Origin: Octopus sinensis | Lineage: Eukaryota | DNA: 64,000 nt | Reading direction: 5' to 3' | Assembly: GCF_006345805.1 (NCBI RefSeq) | Contig: NC_043019.1 | Span: 4,835,360-4,899,359, forward strand | Shown: positions 25,144 through 37,222 of the stretch, in pieces | Layout: every line of letters starts with the position of its first letter | How positions within the stretch are numbered: the stretch's first letter is position 1 | Notes under the pieces: generated by a model | Told to the model about the DNA's origin: nothing | What the model saw: only the letters and a program-made list of their open reading frames with translations | Database searches by the model: none | Program-made: the position numbers and the translations under genes

Positions 25144-25656
25144 TCTATATATATAAAACTGTAGTTGTGTGAGTGTCTGTCCCCTTCGATTTAGATTCCT
25201 AACTACTCCCACATTTTGCGGTGCAGTTTAACCAAATTCGGGTATCTTATAGTCGTGATTCATATCGAGCCCTTCTGGGTATTAGCGCGCGTCTACAATG
25301 AGTCTACGATTTTAAAAATAATTTAACATCATTTTTTATTCCATTTTAATGCATAAAATGCATCGTGTGTCGATGGCGGCGGAGTTGGCGTCCACGCTCA
25401 CAGCTGCACCTGTTTGCTTCTCCCCCTTCTTCCCTCCCTCGTGAAGCTGTGGGGAAGGGAGTGTAAGGAAATCAACGTCGTAAAGCTTTGTCAAGGAGAC
25501 CAGCGTTCTTTTAGAACAACGACTTCATGGCTTGAAGACACCAAAACAGAAATGGCTAAGAAATCCCGAATGGCATCTATAAGGGAAGTAAGTCTCTAAA
25601 AATGCTTATATAGTTATTTCCCTTACAAACCCGAGCAACGCTGGGCGATACTGCTA

Positions 25657-25657
<1 letters not shown>
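25144..25657 (+). mobile_element. Non-autonomous Helitron, same ends, different GC-rich interior
   Basis: A|TCTATATATATAAAA start; cccgagcaacgctggg hairpin then CTAG|T end. Confidence 0.75.
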
Positions 25658-25717
<60 letters not shown>

Positions 25718-26159
25718 ATATATGCATGTATATATACATGTAGATGTAAGTATGTACATATATGTATGTATATATGCATATATTTTATTTATTTATTATA
25801 TTACTATATATATATATATGCAGTATTAATATTTGGCAGAAGTAACAGAGCGACTAAAGATTAGGAGTTTTGTGCGTTAGCACCTATCAAACTATAATGT
25901 GTGTATCTGTGTGCGCGCGCGCGCATCTACATTCAGGAAGTCGTGAAACATACACACATACATTCAATGATTATAAAGCCAGTGTTTATTAAAATATATT
26001 TCATTTTCAAAATTTAATAGAATCTGCAGACAAAATTCAGTGTTTTATGAAGGCTTACTATCACCAACTGATAGTAAGAGACAAATACAGACACAAAGAT
26101 ACGCCCACGTGCACGTACGCACGCACACACACACACACACACACATCCATATATATACG

Positions 26160-27610
26160 ACAGGCGGCGAGCTGGCAGAAACGTTAGCATGCCGGGCGAA
26201 ATGCTTAGCCGTATTTCGTCTGTCGTTACGTTGTGAGTTCAAATTCCGCCGAGGTCGACTTTGCCTTCCATCCTTTCGGGCTCGATAAATAAAGTACCAG
26301 TTTCGCACTGGGGTTGATGTAAACGACTTAATCCCTTTGTCTGTCCTTGTTTGTCCCCTCTATGTTTAGCCCCTTGTGGGCAATAAAGAAATATGGAAGC
26401 ACTCCGTCGGTTACGACGACGAGGGTTCCGGTTGATCCGAATCAACGTACCAGCCTGCTCGTGAAATTAACGTGTAAGTGGCTGAGTCCTAGTTACAATA
26501 TACCTGAAAAAATAACGGACGGTCACGTCTGAAACACCTGTTAACCCTACGTCTGTGACGTAGACTCTATGACGACTGGTCTAGAAACAACAGCTGTGGA
26601 TGCACATGACCTAGTGGTTAGAGCAGCGGTCGAGGGATCGCGGGTTCGAATCTCAGACCAGGCGATGCGTGTGTTTATGAGCGAAAACACCTAAGCTCCA
26701 CGTGGCTCCGGCAGAAGGTAATGGTGAACTTCTTCTGCTGACTCTTTCGCCACAACTTTCTCTCACTCTTTCCTCCTGCATCTTGCAGCTCACCTGCGAT
26801 GGACCGGCGTCCCGTCCAGGTGGGGAACCTATACGCCAAGGAAACCGGGAAACCGGCCCTTATGAGCCAGGCATGGCTCGAAACATAATAAACAGCTCAG
26901 GTATTTTCATTAAAGGCGGCGAGCTGGCAGAATCGTTAGCACGCCGGTCGAAATGCGTAGCCGTATTTCGTCTGCCGTTACGTTCTGAGTTCAAATTCCG
27001 CCGAGGTCGACTTTTCCTTTCATCCTTTCGGAGTCGATAAATTAAGTACCAGTTACACACTGAGGTCGATGTAATCGACTTAATCCAAATGTTTGTCCCC
27101 TCTGTGTTTAGCTCCTTGTGGGTAGTAAAGAAATAGGTATTTTCATTAAAAAATAATAATCGGAGTTACCTACCTTACATTGTAAATATAAAATAAGGAT
27201 TACTTCCCTTGGTCTAATTTGAAATGTTCTTCCTTTCAAAGAAAAAGAAAGAAATTATTATTTTTTTTATAAAAAGAAAATCTTTTCAAAAGTAATATTA
27301 GACGAGTCAACATCTGTGAATCTGGGCAGTTGTTCGACCTGCTAGAAATAGTAACCAAATATTTTTCAAATCACAAAATACCTATTTCTTTACTACCCAC
27401 AAGGGGCTAAACACCAAGAGGATAAACAAGGACAGACAAACGGATTAAGTCGATTAAATCGACTCCAGTGCGTAACTGGGACCTATTTAATCGACCCCGA
27501 AAGGATAAAAGACAAAGTCGATCGGCGGAATTTGAACTCAGAACGTAATGGCAGGCGAAATACCACTAAGCATTTCGCCCGGCGTGCTAACGTTTCTGTC
27601 AGCTCACTGC
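26160..27610. mobile_element. SINE-B (+26160-26392, +26913-27140, -27380-27610), SINE-C tail (-26393-26487) and V-domain-like SINE (+26596-26882)
   Basis: cacctgcgatggaccggcgtcccgtccaggtggg resembles the V-SINE domain; caggtattttcattaaa TSD around the 26913 copy. Confidence 0.8.
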
Positions 27611-27828
27611 CTGACACAAATCACAAAATACCATCGTAGAAAAAAGGGAAGAAACCGTAGAGGATTTCGTCTTACCCTTTCGTCGAAACCAGTGGTTCTC
27701 ACTCAACAAGGTTCCTTAATGACCCTTGGAGGACTTTGCAAAATTTTGTTAAAATTTATCAACAATAATTTGGTTATACAATTACAATACACAAAATATT
27801 TTAACAATTTTTTTATACAATTCTTAAT

Positions 27829-27993
27829 AGTAGGAGTGGCTGTGTGGTAAGTAGCTTGCTTACCAACCACATGGTTCCGAGTCCGGTCCCACTGAGTGGC
27901 ATCTTGGGCAAGTGTCTTCCACTATAGCCTCGGGACGACCAATGCCTTGTGAGTGGATTTGGTAGACGGAAACTGAAAGAAGCCCGTCGTATG

Positions 27994-28077
<84 letters not shown>

Positions 28078-28280
28078 CTGTGTTTGTCCCCCCATCATCG
28101 CTCGACAACCGATGCTGGTGTGTTTACAACCCTGTAACTTAGCGGTTCGGCAAAAGATAGAATAAGTACTAGGCTTACAAAGAATAAGTCCTGGGGTCGA
28201 TTTGCTCGACTAAAGGCGGTGCTCTAGCATGGCCGCAGACAAATGACTGAAACAAGTAAAAGAGTAAAAAGTAAAAGAGA
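27829..28280 (+). mobile_element. SINE-A, full length
   Basis: Same consensus. Confidence 0.9.
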
Positions 28281-28613
28281 GAATTTTTTATAAATTCTTA
28301 ATAGTATTTAATTAAATAAATATACTAGGATTTTTTAGACATTGAGTGGCTATGAGGGACCATCCGAGTAAAATAGGAATCGAAGGTGTCCATATGTAAA
28401 AAAAATGGTTGAATAACAAAGGATCCTCCTTGAGTTTTCTCGACGTTTAAGAAATGGCAGTCAAATACCATTAAATTACATTATATTTTAAAACGGAAAG
28501 GATACATTAGATACTTTACATCTGAAAATAGACGCGATGGTCATGGGAAGAATGCCTTTGATCGTAGGTTTTTTTCTTACCAAGTCTGACCTAGGATTAA
28601 ACAACGCCAATTG

Positions 28614-28845
28614 AAGGCGGCGAGCTGGCAGAAACGTTAGCACGCCGGGCGAAATGCGTAGCCGTATTTCATCTGCCGTCACGTTCTGAGTTCAAATTCC
28701 GCCGAGGTCGACTTTGCCTTTCATCCTTTCAGGGGTCGATAAATTAAGTACCAGTTACGCACTGGAGTCGATATAATCGACTTAATCCCTTTGTCTGTCT
28801 TTGTTTGTCCCCTCTGTGTTTAGCCCCTTGTGGGTAGTAAAGAAA
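28614..28845 (+). mobile_element. SINE-B
   Basis: Consensus match. Confidence 0.88.
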
Positions 28846-28995
28846 TTGAAACTGGCGCCGAGATTCAAAAGCACCAGATTGTTTGGGAATGCAGCCTACA
28901 GTAAAATGTCCCTCTACACCGAAAAAACTTGTTATTGATTCGCTTCCCTCTTTAAATTCAAGAAGCAAAGCACAAGAGTTCACAGAGATACTCTT

Positions 28996-29249
28996 TACCC
29001 TTTTACTCTTTTACTTGTTTCAGTCATTTTGACTGCGGCCATGCTGGAGCACCGCCTTTAATCAAGCAACTCGACCCGGGACTTATTCTTTGTAAGCCCA
29101 GTACTTACTCTATCGGTCTCTTTTGCCGAACCGCTAAGTGACGGGGACATAAACACACCAGTATCGGTTGTCAAGCAATGCTATGGGTACAAACACAGAC
29201 ACACAAACATACACACACACACGCACATACATACATATATATATATATA

Positions 29250-29298
<49 letters not shown>

Positions 29299-29455
29299 CG
29301 ACGGGTTTCTTTCAGTTTCCGTCTACCAAATCCACTCACAAGGCCTTGGTCGGCCCGAGGCTATAGTAGAAGACACTTGCCCAAGATGCCACGCAGTGGG
29401 AATGAACCCAGAACCATGTGGTTGGTAAGCAAGCTACGTACCACACAGCCACTCG
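28996..29455 (-). mobile_element. SINE-A, full length
   Basis: Same consensus. Confidence 0.9.
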
Positions 29456-29818
29456 TTCCAGGAAATAATTATTTAAAGCTTTTCCTTTTTGCCTCGAACC
29501 TACAGACTCCTGGAGTTCGCTCCGTTGCAAGCACTCGAGCTAAATTTCTGGTTTGCAGATAGCTTCCTGCCTTCTTAACAGTATCCAATGCCCCAGGAAA
29601 AATAAGGGCTTGAAGTACCACTCGTCTATCCCGATAAAAAGAAGAAAATATATAGTTAGGGGTGTGAACTACCTAGAAATTTAATCAAATACGGAATGCA
29701 GTGTGTCTGACCTTCCGCAGCCTAGTGACATATATCGGTCTTATGAGACCTCATCAATAAAGTATAGCCTAATAGTCATAGCAGATCTTGAATGACTATG
29801 GACATGTGTGCGTGCGCG

Positions 29819-29859
<41 letters not shown>

Positions 29860-29867
29860 GTGTACAC

Positions 29868-30515
29868 ATGTGGGGTGCTGAAAAGTTCCTTGCTTTAGGT
29901 AAAAGAAAGTCCAGGAGTTTATCAATTTGTGTCGCAAGATTCCTGATGTGAATACGTGTTGAAACAGATATTGATATATTTCATAGTCATATTTTTTTGT
30001 TTTTTCTCTATTTTTTTTGCGATATATTTGTTCTTCTCTCGTTTATTATCTTCTTATTTCAACTCATGTCCATTGACTGGAAATCTTGCGTCGAGCAAGA
30101 ACACTCACGAAAACGAAAAGTGTCACTGAAGAGGTCACAGATGTGTGACGAAAAAGTTCCGGACAATGGACATGTGTTAGAATAAGAACAATTATAAATG
30201 AGTGAAGAACGAATATACAGTGCGTGTGTTTATTTGGTAAAAAAAAAAGAATGACCGTCCCGAAATACAACAAAATACAGAAGGATCAGTCAATACTCTT
30301 TCTTTTACTCTTTTACTTGATTTTCAGTCATTTGACTGTGGCCATGCTGGAGCACCGCCTTTAGTCGAGCAACTCGACCCCGGGACTTATTCTTTGTAAG
30401 CCCACTACTTATTCTATCGGTCTCTTTTTCCGAACCGCTAAGTGACGGGGACGTAAACACACCAGCATCGGTTGTCAAGCAATGCTAGGGGACAAACACA
30501 GACACACAAATAGAA

Positions 30516-30568
<53 letters not shown>

Positions 30569-30890
30569 TATATACGACGGGCTTCTTTCAGTTTCCGTCA
30601 ACCAAATCCACTCACAAGGCATTGGTCGGCCCGGGGCTATAGCAGTAGACACTTGCCCAAGATTCCACGCAGTGGGACTGAACCCGGAACCATGTGGTTG
30701 GTTAGCAAGCTACTTACCACACAGCCACTCCTGCGCCTATGATTTTATTCAACATATTCCCTTTCAGGGTCACACACTTACTGCAGCAGTCCTTCAATTT
30801 TTCTAAGCCCTGTAAAAGAACTCGGAAAAGGTTGGGCCTCGAACCAGGTCCTTGGCGGTCCCCTTAAAGTCAGGAACTTTTCAGTACATG
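29868..30890 (-). mobile_element. Mariner-derived MITE interrupted by an unrelated segment and a SINE
   Basis: TIRs gtgctgaaaagttccttgcttta / taaagtcaggaacttttcagtac; 30750-30815 on the minus strand encodes GLEKLKDCCSKCVTLKGEYVE* (mariner C-terminus). Confidence 0.7.
30294..30738 (-). mobile_element. SINE-A inserted in the mariner MITE
   Basis: Same consensus. Confidence 0.9.
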
Positions 30891-31161
30891 TGTGCGTGTG
30901 TACCTTCGTACGTGTGTGTGTGAAAATGGAGGTTCCTTCCTACCCTGGGTGCGTATTAAACGTATGTGGTCAAGCTAATCGCATGTCACCTAAAAACCTC
31001 ACCGGATGTCACTGCTGACGCGTGTCATAGGTTCGCCTTCACTATAGTAAAGTGTTTTTGGCAGCTATTTCGAGCAGGTCGAGTGCCTACCGTGAAGAAA
31101 GCGGATGTCTTATCACTTGGGCAGGGACCTTTCTGCAACCAAAAGAAAAGAAGAAAATGAG

Positions 31162-31170
31162 AGTAGTAGC

Positions 31171-31243
<73 letters not shown>

Positions 31244-31285
31244 AGGGTGGTGGTGGTGGTGGTGGTAGAAGTAATAGTAGTAGTT
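31162..31285. repeat. (TAG)n/(TGG)n trinucleotide microsatellite
   Basis: Direct inspection. Confidence 0.97.
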
Positions 31286-31508
31286 TTTGTTGTTTAGTTC
31301 ATTGTTTATCAGAGAAAGGGGCAATTTCCGTAGAGAGGGATCTGAAAGGATTGAAAAGTGGGCGGACAAGTTGACGGCTGTGTGGTAAGTAGCTTGCTTA
31401 CCAACAACATGGTTCCGGGTTCAGTCCCACTGCGTGGCACCTTGGGCAAGTGTCTTCTGCTATAGCCTCGGGACGACCAAAGCCTTATGAGTGGATTTGG
31501 TAGACGGA

Positions 31509-31573
<65 letters not shown>

Positions 31574-31576
<3 letters not shown>

Positions 31577-31828
31577 ACATAAGAGGGATCAGCCATCTGA
31601 ATGTGGCTAAATACGTTGACAAGAGGCAATAACCTCGAAACCGGTCCGTGTGTAGTATCCGTATCTTCGGGGAGGCTGATCTCCCTTTGCTGGCTGGCAA
31701 GGACACCGAGATGGTGTCAGCTCTTCTGGTGACGTCGATGTTCGCCTGGGGCTAAATGCATCAGTAACACCCCCACCACCCCGCCCTGACCCTAGCCACA
31801 TTCAGATGGCTGATCCCTCTTATGTTAT
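31574..31828 (+). mobile_element. 255-bp non-autonomous element with perfect 36-bp terminal inverted repeats enclosing a minimal hammerhead
   Basis: ATAACATAAGAGGGATCAGCCATCTGAATGTGGCTA at 31574-31609 and its exact reverse complement at 31793-31828. Confidence 0.8.
31606..31656 (+). ncRNA. Minimal hammerhead ribozyme (U3:A8 variant, GUC site)
   Basis: ATACG-UUGACAA-GAGG caauaa CCUC-GAAA-CCGG-UC-CGUGU: stem I 5 bp, stem II 4 bp, palindromic stem III ACCGGU; predicted cleavage after 31646. Confidence 0.75.
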
Positions 31829-31991
31829 AGAGCAGTTACTGTTTATATCTCACCCAGAGATTATTATTATTATATATATATATATATTAAATTAGAGATA
31901 AAACCATTATTAGGCAAATCAAACAGTGAAAACATAAACCAAAACATAGAAATAAATTATTATCTATCTATGTATATATAATATATATATA

Positions 31992-32029
<38 letters not shown>

Positions 32030-32292
32030 GTATGTATGTATGTGTGCGTATATGTTTGTGTGTCAGTGTTTGTCCCCCAACATCGCTGACAACCGATGCT
32101 GGTGTGTTTACGTCCCCCGTAACTTAACGGTTCGGCAAAAATGACCGATAGAATAAGTACTAGGCTTACAAGAATAAGTCCTGGTATCGATTTGCTCGAC
32201 TAAAGGCTGTGCTCCAGCATGGCCGAAGTCAAATGACTGAAAAGAATAAAAGAATATGATAATTATCGTAATCATATAAATGATTATCATAC

Positions 32293-32690
32293 TCTTTTAC
32301 TCTTTTACTTGTTTCAGTCATTTGACTGCGGCCATGCTGGAGCACCGCGTTTAATCGAGCAACTCGACCCCGGGACTTATTCTTTTGTAAGCCCATTACT
32401 TATTCTATCGGTCTATTTATCCGAACCGCTAAGTAACGGGGACGTAAACACACCAGCATCGGTTGTCAAGCAATGCTAGGGGAACAAACACAGGTACACA
32501 AACAAATACACACACACATATAAATATATACGACGGGCTTCTTTCAGTTTTCGTCTACCAAATCCACTCACAAGGCATTGGTCGGCCCGGGGCTATAGCA
32601 GAAGACACTTGCCCAAGATGCCACGCAGTGGGACTGAACTCGGAACCAAGTGGTTGGTAAACAAGCTACTTACCAACAGCCACTCCTGCG
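32293..32690 (-). mobile_element. SINE-A (further copies 33745-34141 and 35205-35608 bound the duplication; + partials at 31372-31512 and 32040-32250)
   Basis: Same consensus. Confidence 0.9.
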
Positions 32691-32845
32691 TTGTTTTCTT
32701 GGTCTTACTTGCTCTGGTTAATTCTGTGAGAGCGGACAGCAACCTGTTGTCAAAGATCTCACAGGGTTTCTTTCTTTGAATTATAAGACTTGGTACCAAG
32801 ATATATCAAGTATCGTGGAAGATACTTTAACACCCATGTACCAAT

Positions 32846-32963
32846 CTCAAGTCCCCGACGGAGCAGATTTTTTGAGCATGCTCATGTCAACTCCAATTTC
32901 TCCGACATAGTTCTCGAACTTGGCTATTAGTGTCCCAAGTTCCCCTACAACTACTGGGCTAAC
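32846..32963 (-). pseudogene. Dong/R4-like RLE-domain C-terminal fragment (second copy ~34300-34418)
   Basis: VSPVVVGELGTLIAKFENYVGEIGVDMSMLKKSA resembles the R4/Dong V.PVV.GALG...K...Y...IG motif. Confidence 0.5.
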
Positions 32964-33008
32964 CGTAGCATTACTCAATAACGCTGGAATGACAGTTTAG
33001 TGCCCTTC

Positions 33009-33610
33009 GTTATTATTATTATTATTATTATTGAGTGAGAGAGCAGTTCATGCCATCAACGTAACACTGGGGTAAAATATACGAAGCCCAAAATACCCAT
33101 CATGACTACCCGTCTGATAAAGGTACACCAGGCACATGCATCACAACCATATGTGCGCGACATGGTGATCTCATATCAAGATAAACAGCACATGACCTAG
33201 CAGGTGGGGCCCAGTTAGAATTTTCTTCAGGTTGAGTAGCCCATCCCGCTCAAACGGTCCCTGAATAAGGGTTGTTTAAGGATGTTGAAAGAACCACCCA
33301 TGTTTCCAGAGGTGAACTATTCAAACCCCAAAGAATCCCTCTCAACACATGGCTATGATGCTCCCCACACACTTCCACTGGATCAGAGATGCACATATCG
33401 TCAGCCACTAAAGGACATGCTCAACTGGTTACGGTCAAACAACTGACAAGCAAATCTGTGGTATTGAGCAGAATATTAGTTGTAGCCCATCTTTTATACC
33501 AAACAAAACAATGTACATGATAACACTCCAATCAGTTAAGATCAGAAGCCATGAGAGCCACTGCCTAGTACTGCATCAAGGCATTTATTATTATTATTAT
33601 TATTATTATT
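33009..33610 (-). mobile_element. ~580-bp interspersed repeat bounded by (ATT)n on both sides (copies or parts at 33595-33730, 34462-35070, 35055-35190, 35615-35855, 42480-42700)
   Basis: tgagtgagagagcag...actgcatcaaggcattt flanked by attattatt; orientation inferred. Confidence 0.75.
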
Positions 33611-33927
33611 GAGTGAGAGAGCAGTGCATGCCACTAAATTGACACTGGGGTAAAATATACGAAGCCCAGTATACCCATCATGACTACCCGTCTGATAAGG
33701 GTACACAAGGCACATGCATCACAACCATATTCCTTTATTTTTTTTACTTGTTTCAGTCATTTGACTGCGGCCATGCTGGAGCACCGCCTTTAGTCGAGCA
33801 AATCGACCACAGGGCTTATTCTTTTGTAAGCCCAGTACTTATTCTATCGGTTCCTCTTTTGCCGAACGCTAAGGATTGGACGTAAACACACCAGCATCGG
33901 TTGTCAAGCAAATAGGGGTACAAACAC

Positions 33928-33960
<33 letters not shown>

Positions 33961-35040
33961 ATATATATATTATATATATACTACAGGCTTCTTTCAGTTT
34001 CCGTCTACCAAATCCACTCACAAGGCATTGGTCGGCCCGGGGCTATAGCAGAAGACACTTGCCCAAGATGCCACGCAGTGGGACTGAACTCGGAACCAAG
34101 TGGTTGGTAAACAAGCTACTTACCACACAGCCACTCCTGCGTTGTTTATCTTGGTCTTACTTGCTCTGGTTAATTCTGTGAGAGCGGACAGCAACCTGTT
34201 GTCAAAGATCTCACAGGGTTTCTTTCTTTGAATTATAAGACTTGGTACCAAGATATATCAAGTATCGTGGAAGATACTTTAACACCCATGTACCAATCTC
34301 AAAGTCCCCGACGGAGCAGATTTTTTGAGCATGCTCATGTCAACTCCAATTTCTCCGACATAGTTCTCGAACTTGGCTATTAGTGTCCCAAGTTCCCCTA
34401 CAACTACTGGGCTAACCGTAGCATTACTCAATAACGACTGGAATGACAGTTTAGTGCCCTTCGTTATTATTATTATTATTATTATTGAGTGAGAGAGCAG
34501 TTCATGCCATCAACGTAACACTGGGGTAAAATATACGAAGCCCAATATACCCATCATGACTACCCGTCTGATAAAGGTACACCAGGCACATGCATCACAA
34601 CCATATGTGCGCGACATGGTGATCTCATATCAAGATAAACAGCACATGACCTAGCAGGTGGGGCCCAGTTAGAATTTTCTTCAGGTTGAGTAGCCCATCC
34701 CGCTCAAACGGTCCCTGAATAAGGGTTGTTTAAGGATGTTGAAAGAACCACCCATGTTTCCAGAGGTGAACTATTCAAACCCCAAAGAATCCCTCTCAAC
34801 ACATGGCTATGATGCTCCCCCACAACTTCCACTCGTGATCAGAGATGCACATATCGTCAGCCACTAAAGGACATGCTCAACTGGTTACGGTCAAACAACT
34901 GACAAGCAAATCTGTGGTATTGAGCAGAATATTAGTTGTAGCCCATCTTTTATACCAAGACAAAACAATGTACATGATAACACTTCCAATCAGTTAAGAT
35001 CAGAAGCCATGAGAGCCACTGCCTAGTACTGCATCAAGGC

Positions 35041-35071
<31 letters not shown>

Positions 35072-35391
35072 GAGTGAGAGAGCAGTGCATGCCACTAAAT
35101 TGACACTGGGGTAAAATATACGAAGCCCAGTATACCCATCATGACTACCCGTCTGATAAGGGTACACAAGGCACATGCATCACAACCATATTCCTTTATT
35201 TTTTTTACTTGTTTCAGTCATTTGACTGCGGCCATGCTGGAGCACCGCCTTTAGTCGAGCAAATCGACCACAGGGCTTATTCTTTGTAAGCCCAGTACTT
35301 ATTCTATCGGTTCTCTTTTGCCGAACCGCTAAGTGATGTGGACGTAAACACACCAGCATCGGTTGTCAAGCAATACTAGGGGTACAAACAC

Positions 35392-35422
<31 letters not shown>

Positions 35423-35873
35423 ATATATATTATATATTATATATACTACAGGCTTCTTTCAGTTTCCGTCTACCAATCCACTCACAAGGCATTGGTCGGC
35501 CCGGGGCTATAGCAGAAGACACTTGCCCAAGATGCCACGCAATGGGACTGAACCCGGAACCATGTGGTTGGTTAGCAAGCTACTTACCACACAGCCACTC
35601 CTGCGCCTATATTTTATTGTTGAGTGAGAGAGCAGTGCATAGCATCAAAGTGACATTGGGTAAAATATACGAAGCCCAGTATACCCATCATGACTACCCG
35701 TCTGATAAGGGTACACTAGGCACATGCATCACAACCATATGTGCGCAACATGGTGATCTCATATCAAGATAAACAGTGCATGACCTTGCAGGTGGGGCCC
35801 AGTTAGAATTTTCTTCTGGTCGAGTAAGCCATCACGCTCAAAAGGTCCCCGAATAATATATCTATGAAACATA

Positions 35874-36730
35874 AGGCGGCGAGCTGGCAGAACCGTTAGC
35901 ACGCCGGGCGAAATGCTAAGCGGTATTTCGTCCGCCGCTACGTTCTGAGTTCAAATTCCGCCGAGGTCGACTTTCCCTTTCATCCTTTCGGGGTCGATTA
36001 AATAAGTACCAGTTATGGACTGGGGTCGATGTAATCGATTTAATTCCTTTGTCTGTCATTTTTCGTCCCCTCTGTGTTTAGCCCCTTGTGGGTAGTAAAG
36101 AAATAGGTATTTCGTCGGCCGTTACGTTCTGAGTTCAAATTCCGCCAAGGTCGACTTTGCCTTTCATCCTTTCGGGGTCGATAAATGAAGCATCAGTTAC
36201 GCACTGGGGTCGATGTAATCGATTTAATCTCTTTGTCTGTCCTTGTTTGTCTCCTCTATGTTTAGCCCCTTGTGAGCAATAAAGAATTAAGAAACGTTAG
36301 CACGCCGAGCGAAATACGTAGCAGTATTTCGTCTGTCTTTACGTTCTGAATTCAAATTCTGCTGATGTCGACTTTGCCTTTCATTCTTCCGGGGTCGATA
36401 AAGTACCAGTTGCGTACTGAGGTCGATCTAATCGATTGACCCCCCCCCCTCACACACACACACACACGCCAAAAATTTCAGGCCTTGTGCCTGCTTAGAG
36501 GAGAAAAGAGTATTTCTATGAAACATAAGGAGGCCAGATGGCAGAATCGTTAGCGCGCTAGGCAAAATGCTTAGCTGCATTCCGTCTGTCTTCTTGTTCT
36601 CAGTTCAAATTCCACCGAGGTCGACTTTTCCCTTTCATCCTTTCGGGATCGAGAAAATAAGTACCAGTTGATGTTATCGACGTGCCCTTTCCCCTGAAAT
36701 TGCTGGCCTTGTGCCAAAATTTGAAATAAA
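35874..36730 (+). mobile_element. SINE-B multimer plus a monomer
   Basis: Consensus match. Confidence 0.85.
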
Positions 36731-36767
36731 TATTTCTGTGAATCATTCTTACTGTAAATAAAATTAT

Positions 36768-37222
36768 ACTCTTTAACTTGTTTCAGTCATTTGACTGCGG
36801 CCATGCTGGAGCACCGCCTTTAATCGAGCAACTCGACCCCGGGACTTATTCTTTTATAAGCCCAGTACTTATTCTATCGGTCTTTTGCCGAACCGCTAAG
36901 TAACGGGGACATAAACACACCAGTATCGCTTGTCAAGCAATGCTAGGGGGACAAACCAGACACACAAACACACACACGCATATATATATATATATTATAT
37001 ATATATATATATTATATATATATATACATATATATACATATATATATATACATATATACGACGGGCTTCTTTCAGTTTCCGTCTACCAAATCCACTCACA
37101 AGGCTTTGGTCGGCCCGAGGCTATAGTAAAAGACACTTGCCCAAGGTGCCACGCAGTGGGACTGAACCCGGAACCATGTGGTTGGTAAACAAGCTACTTA
37201 CCACACAGCCACACTTGCGCCT
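36768..37222 (-). mobile_element. SINE-A, full length
   Basis: Same consensus. Confidence 0.9.

Larger units (their letters stand above)
32540..35520. repeat. Direct tandem duplication, period ~1.45-1.46 kb
   Basis: 32690ff matches 34141ff, and 33721ff matches 35182ff, nearly identical. Confidence 0.92.

Noticed and set aside
26510-26552. Third hammerhead-like remnant GGACG-GTCA-CGTCT-GAAA-CACCTG-TTA
   Set aside because: Stem II and GAAA are present, but the upstream core reads AAATAAC rather than YUGANRA and stem III is not palindromic
31025-31374. Poly-Ser, poly-Val and poly-Tyr ORFs
   Set aside because: (TAG)n/(TGG)n microsatellite read in different frames
33500-33590. Faint resemblance of atcagttaagatcaga...cctagtactgca to U2 snRNA
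   Set aside because: Only short scattered matches, with no Sm site or branch-recognition sequence
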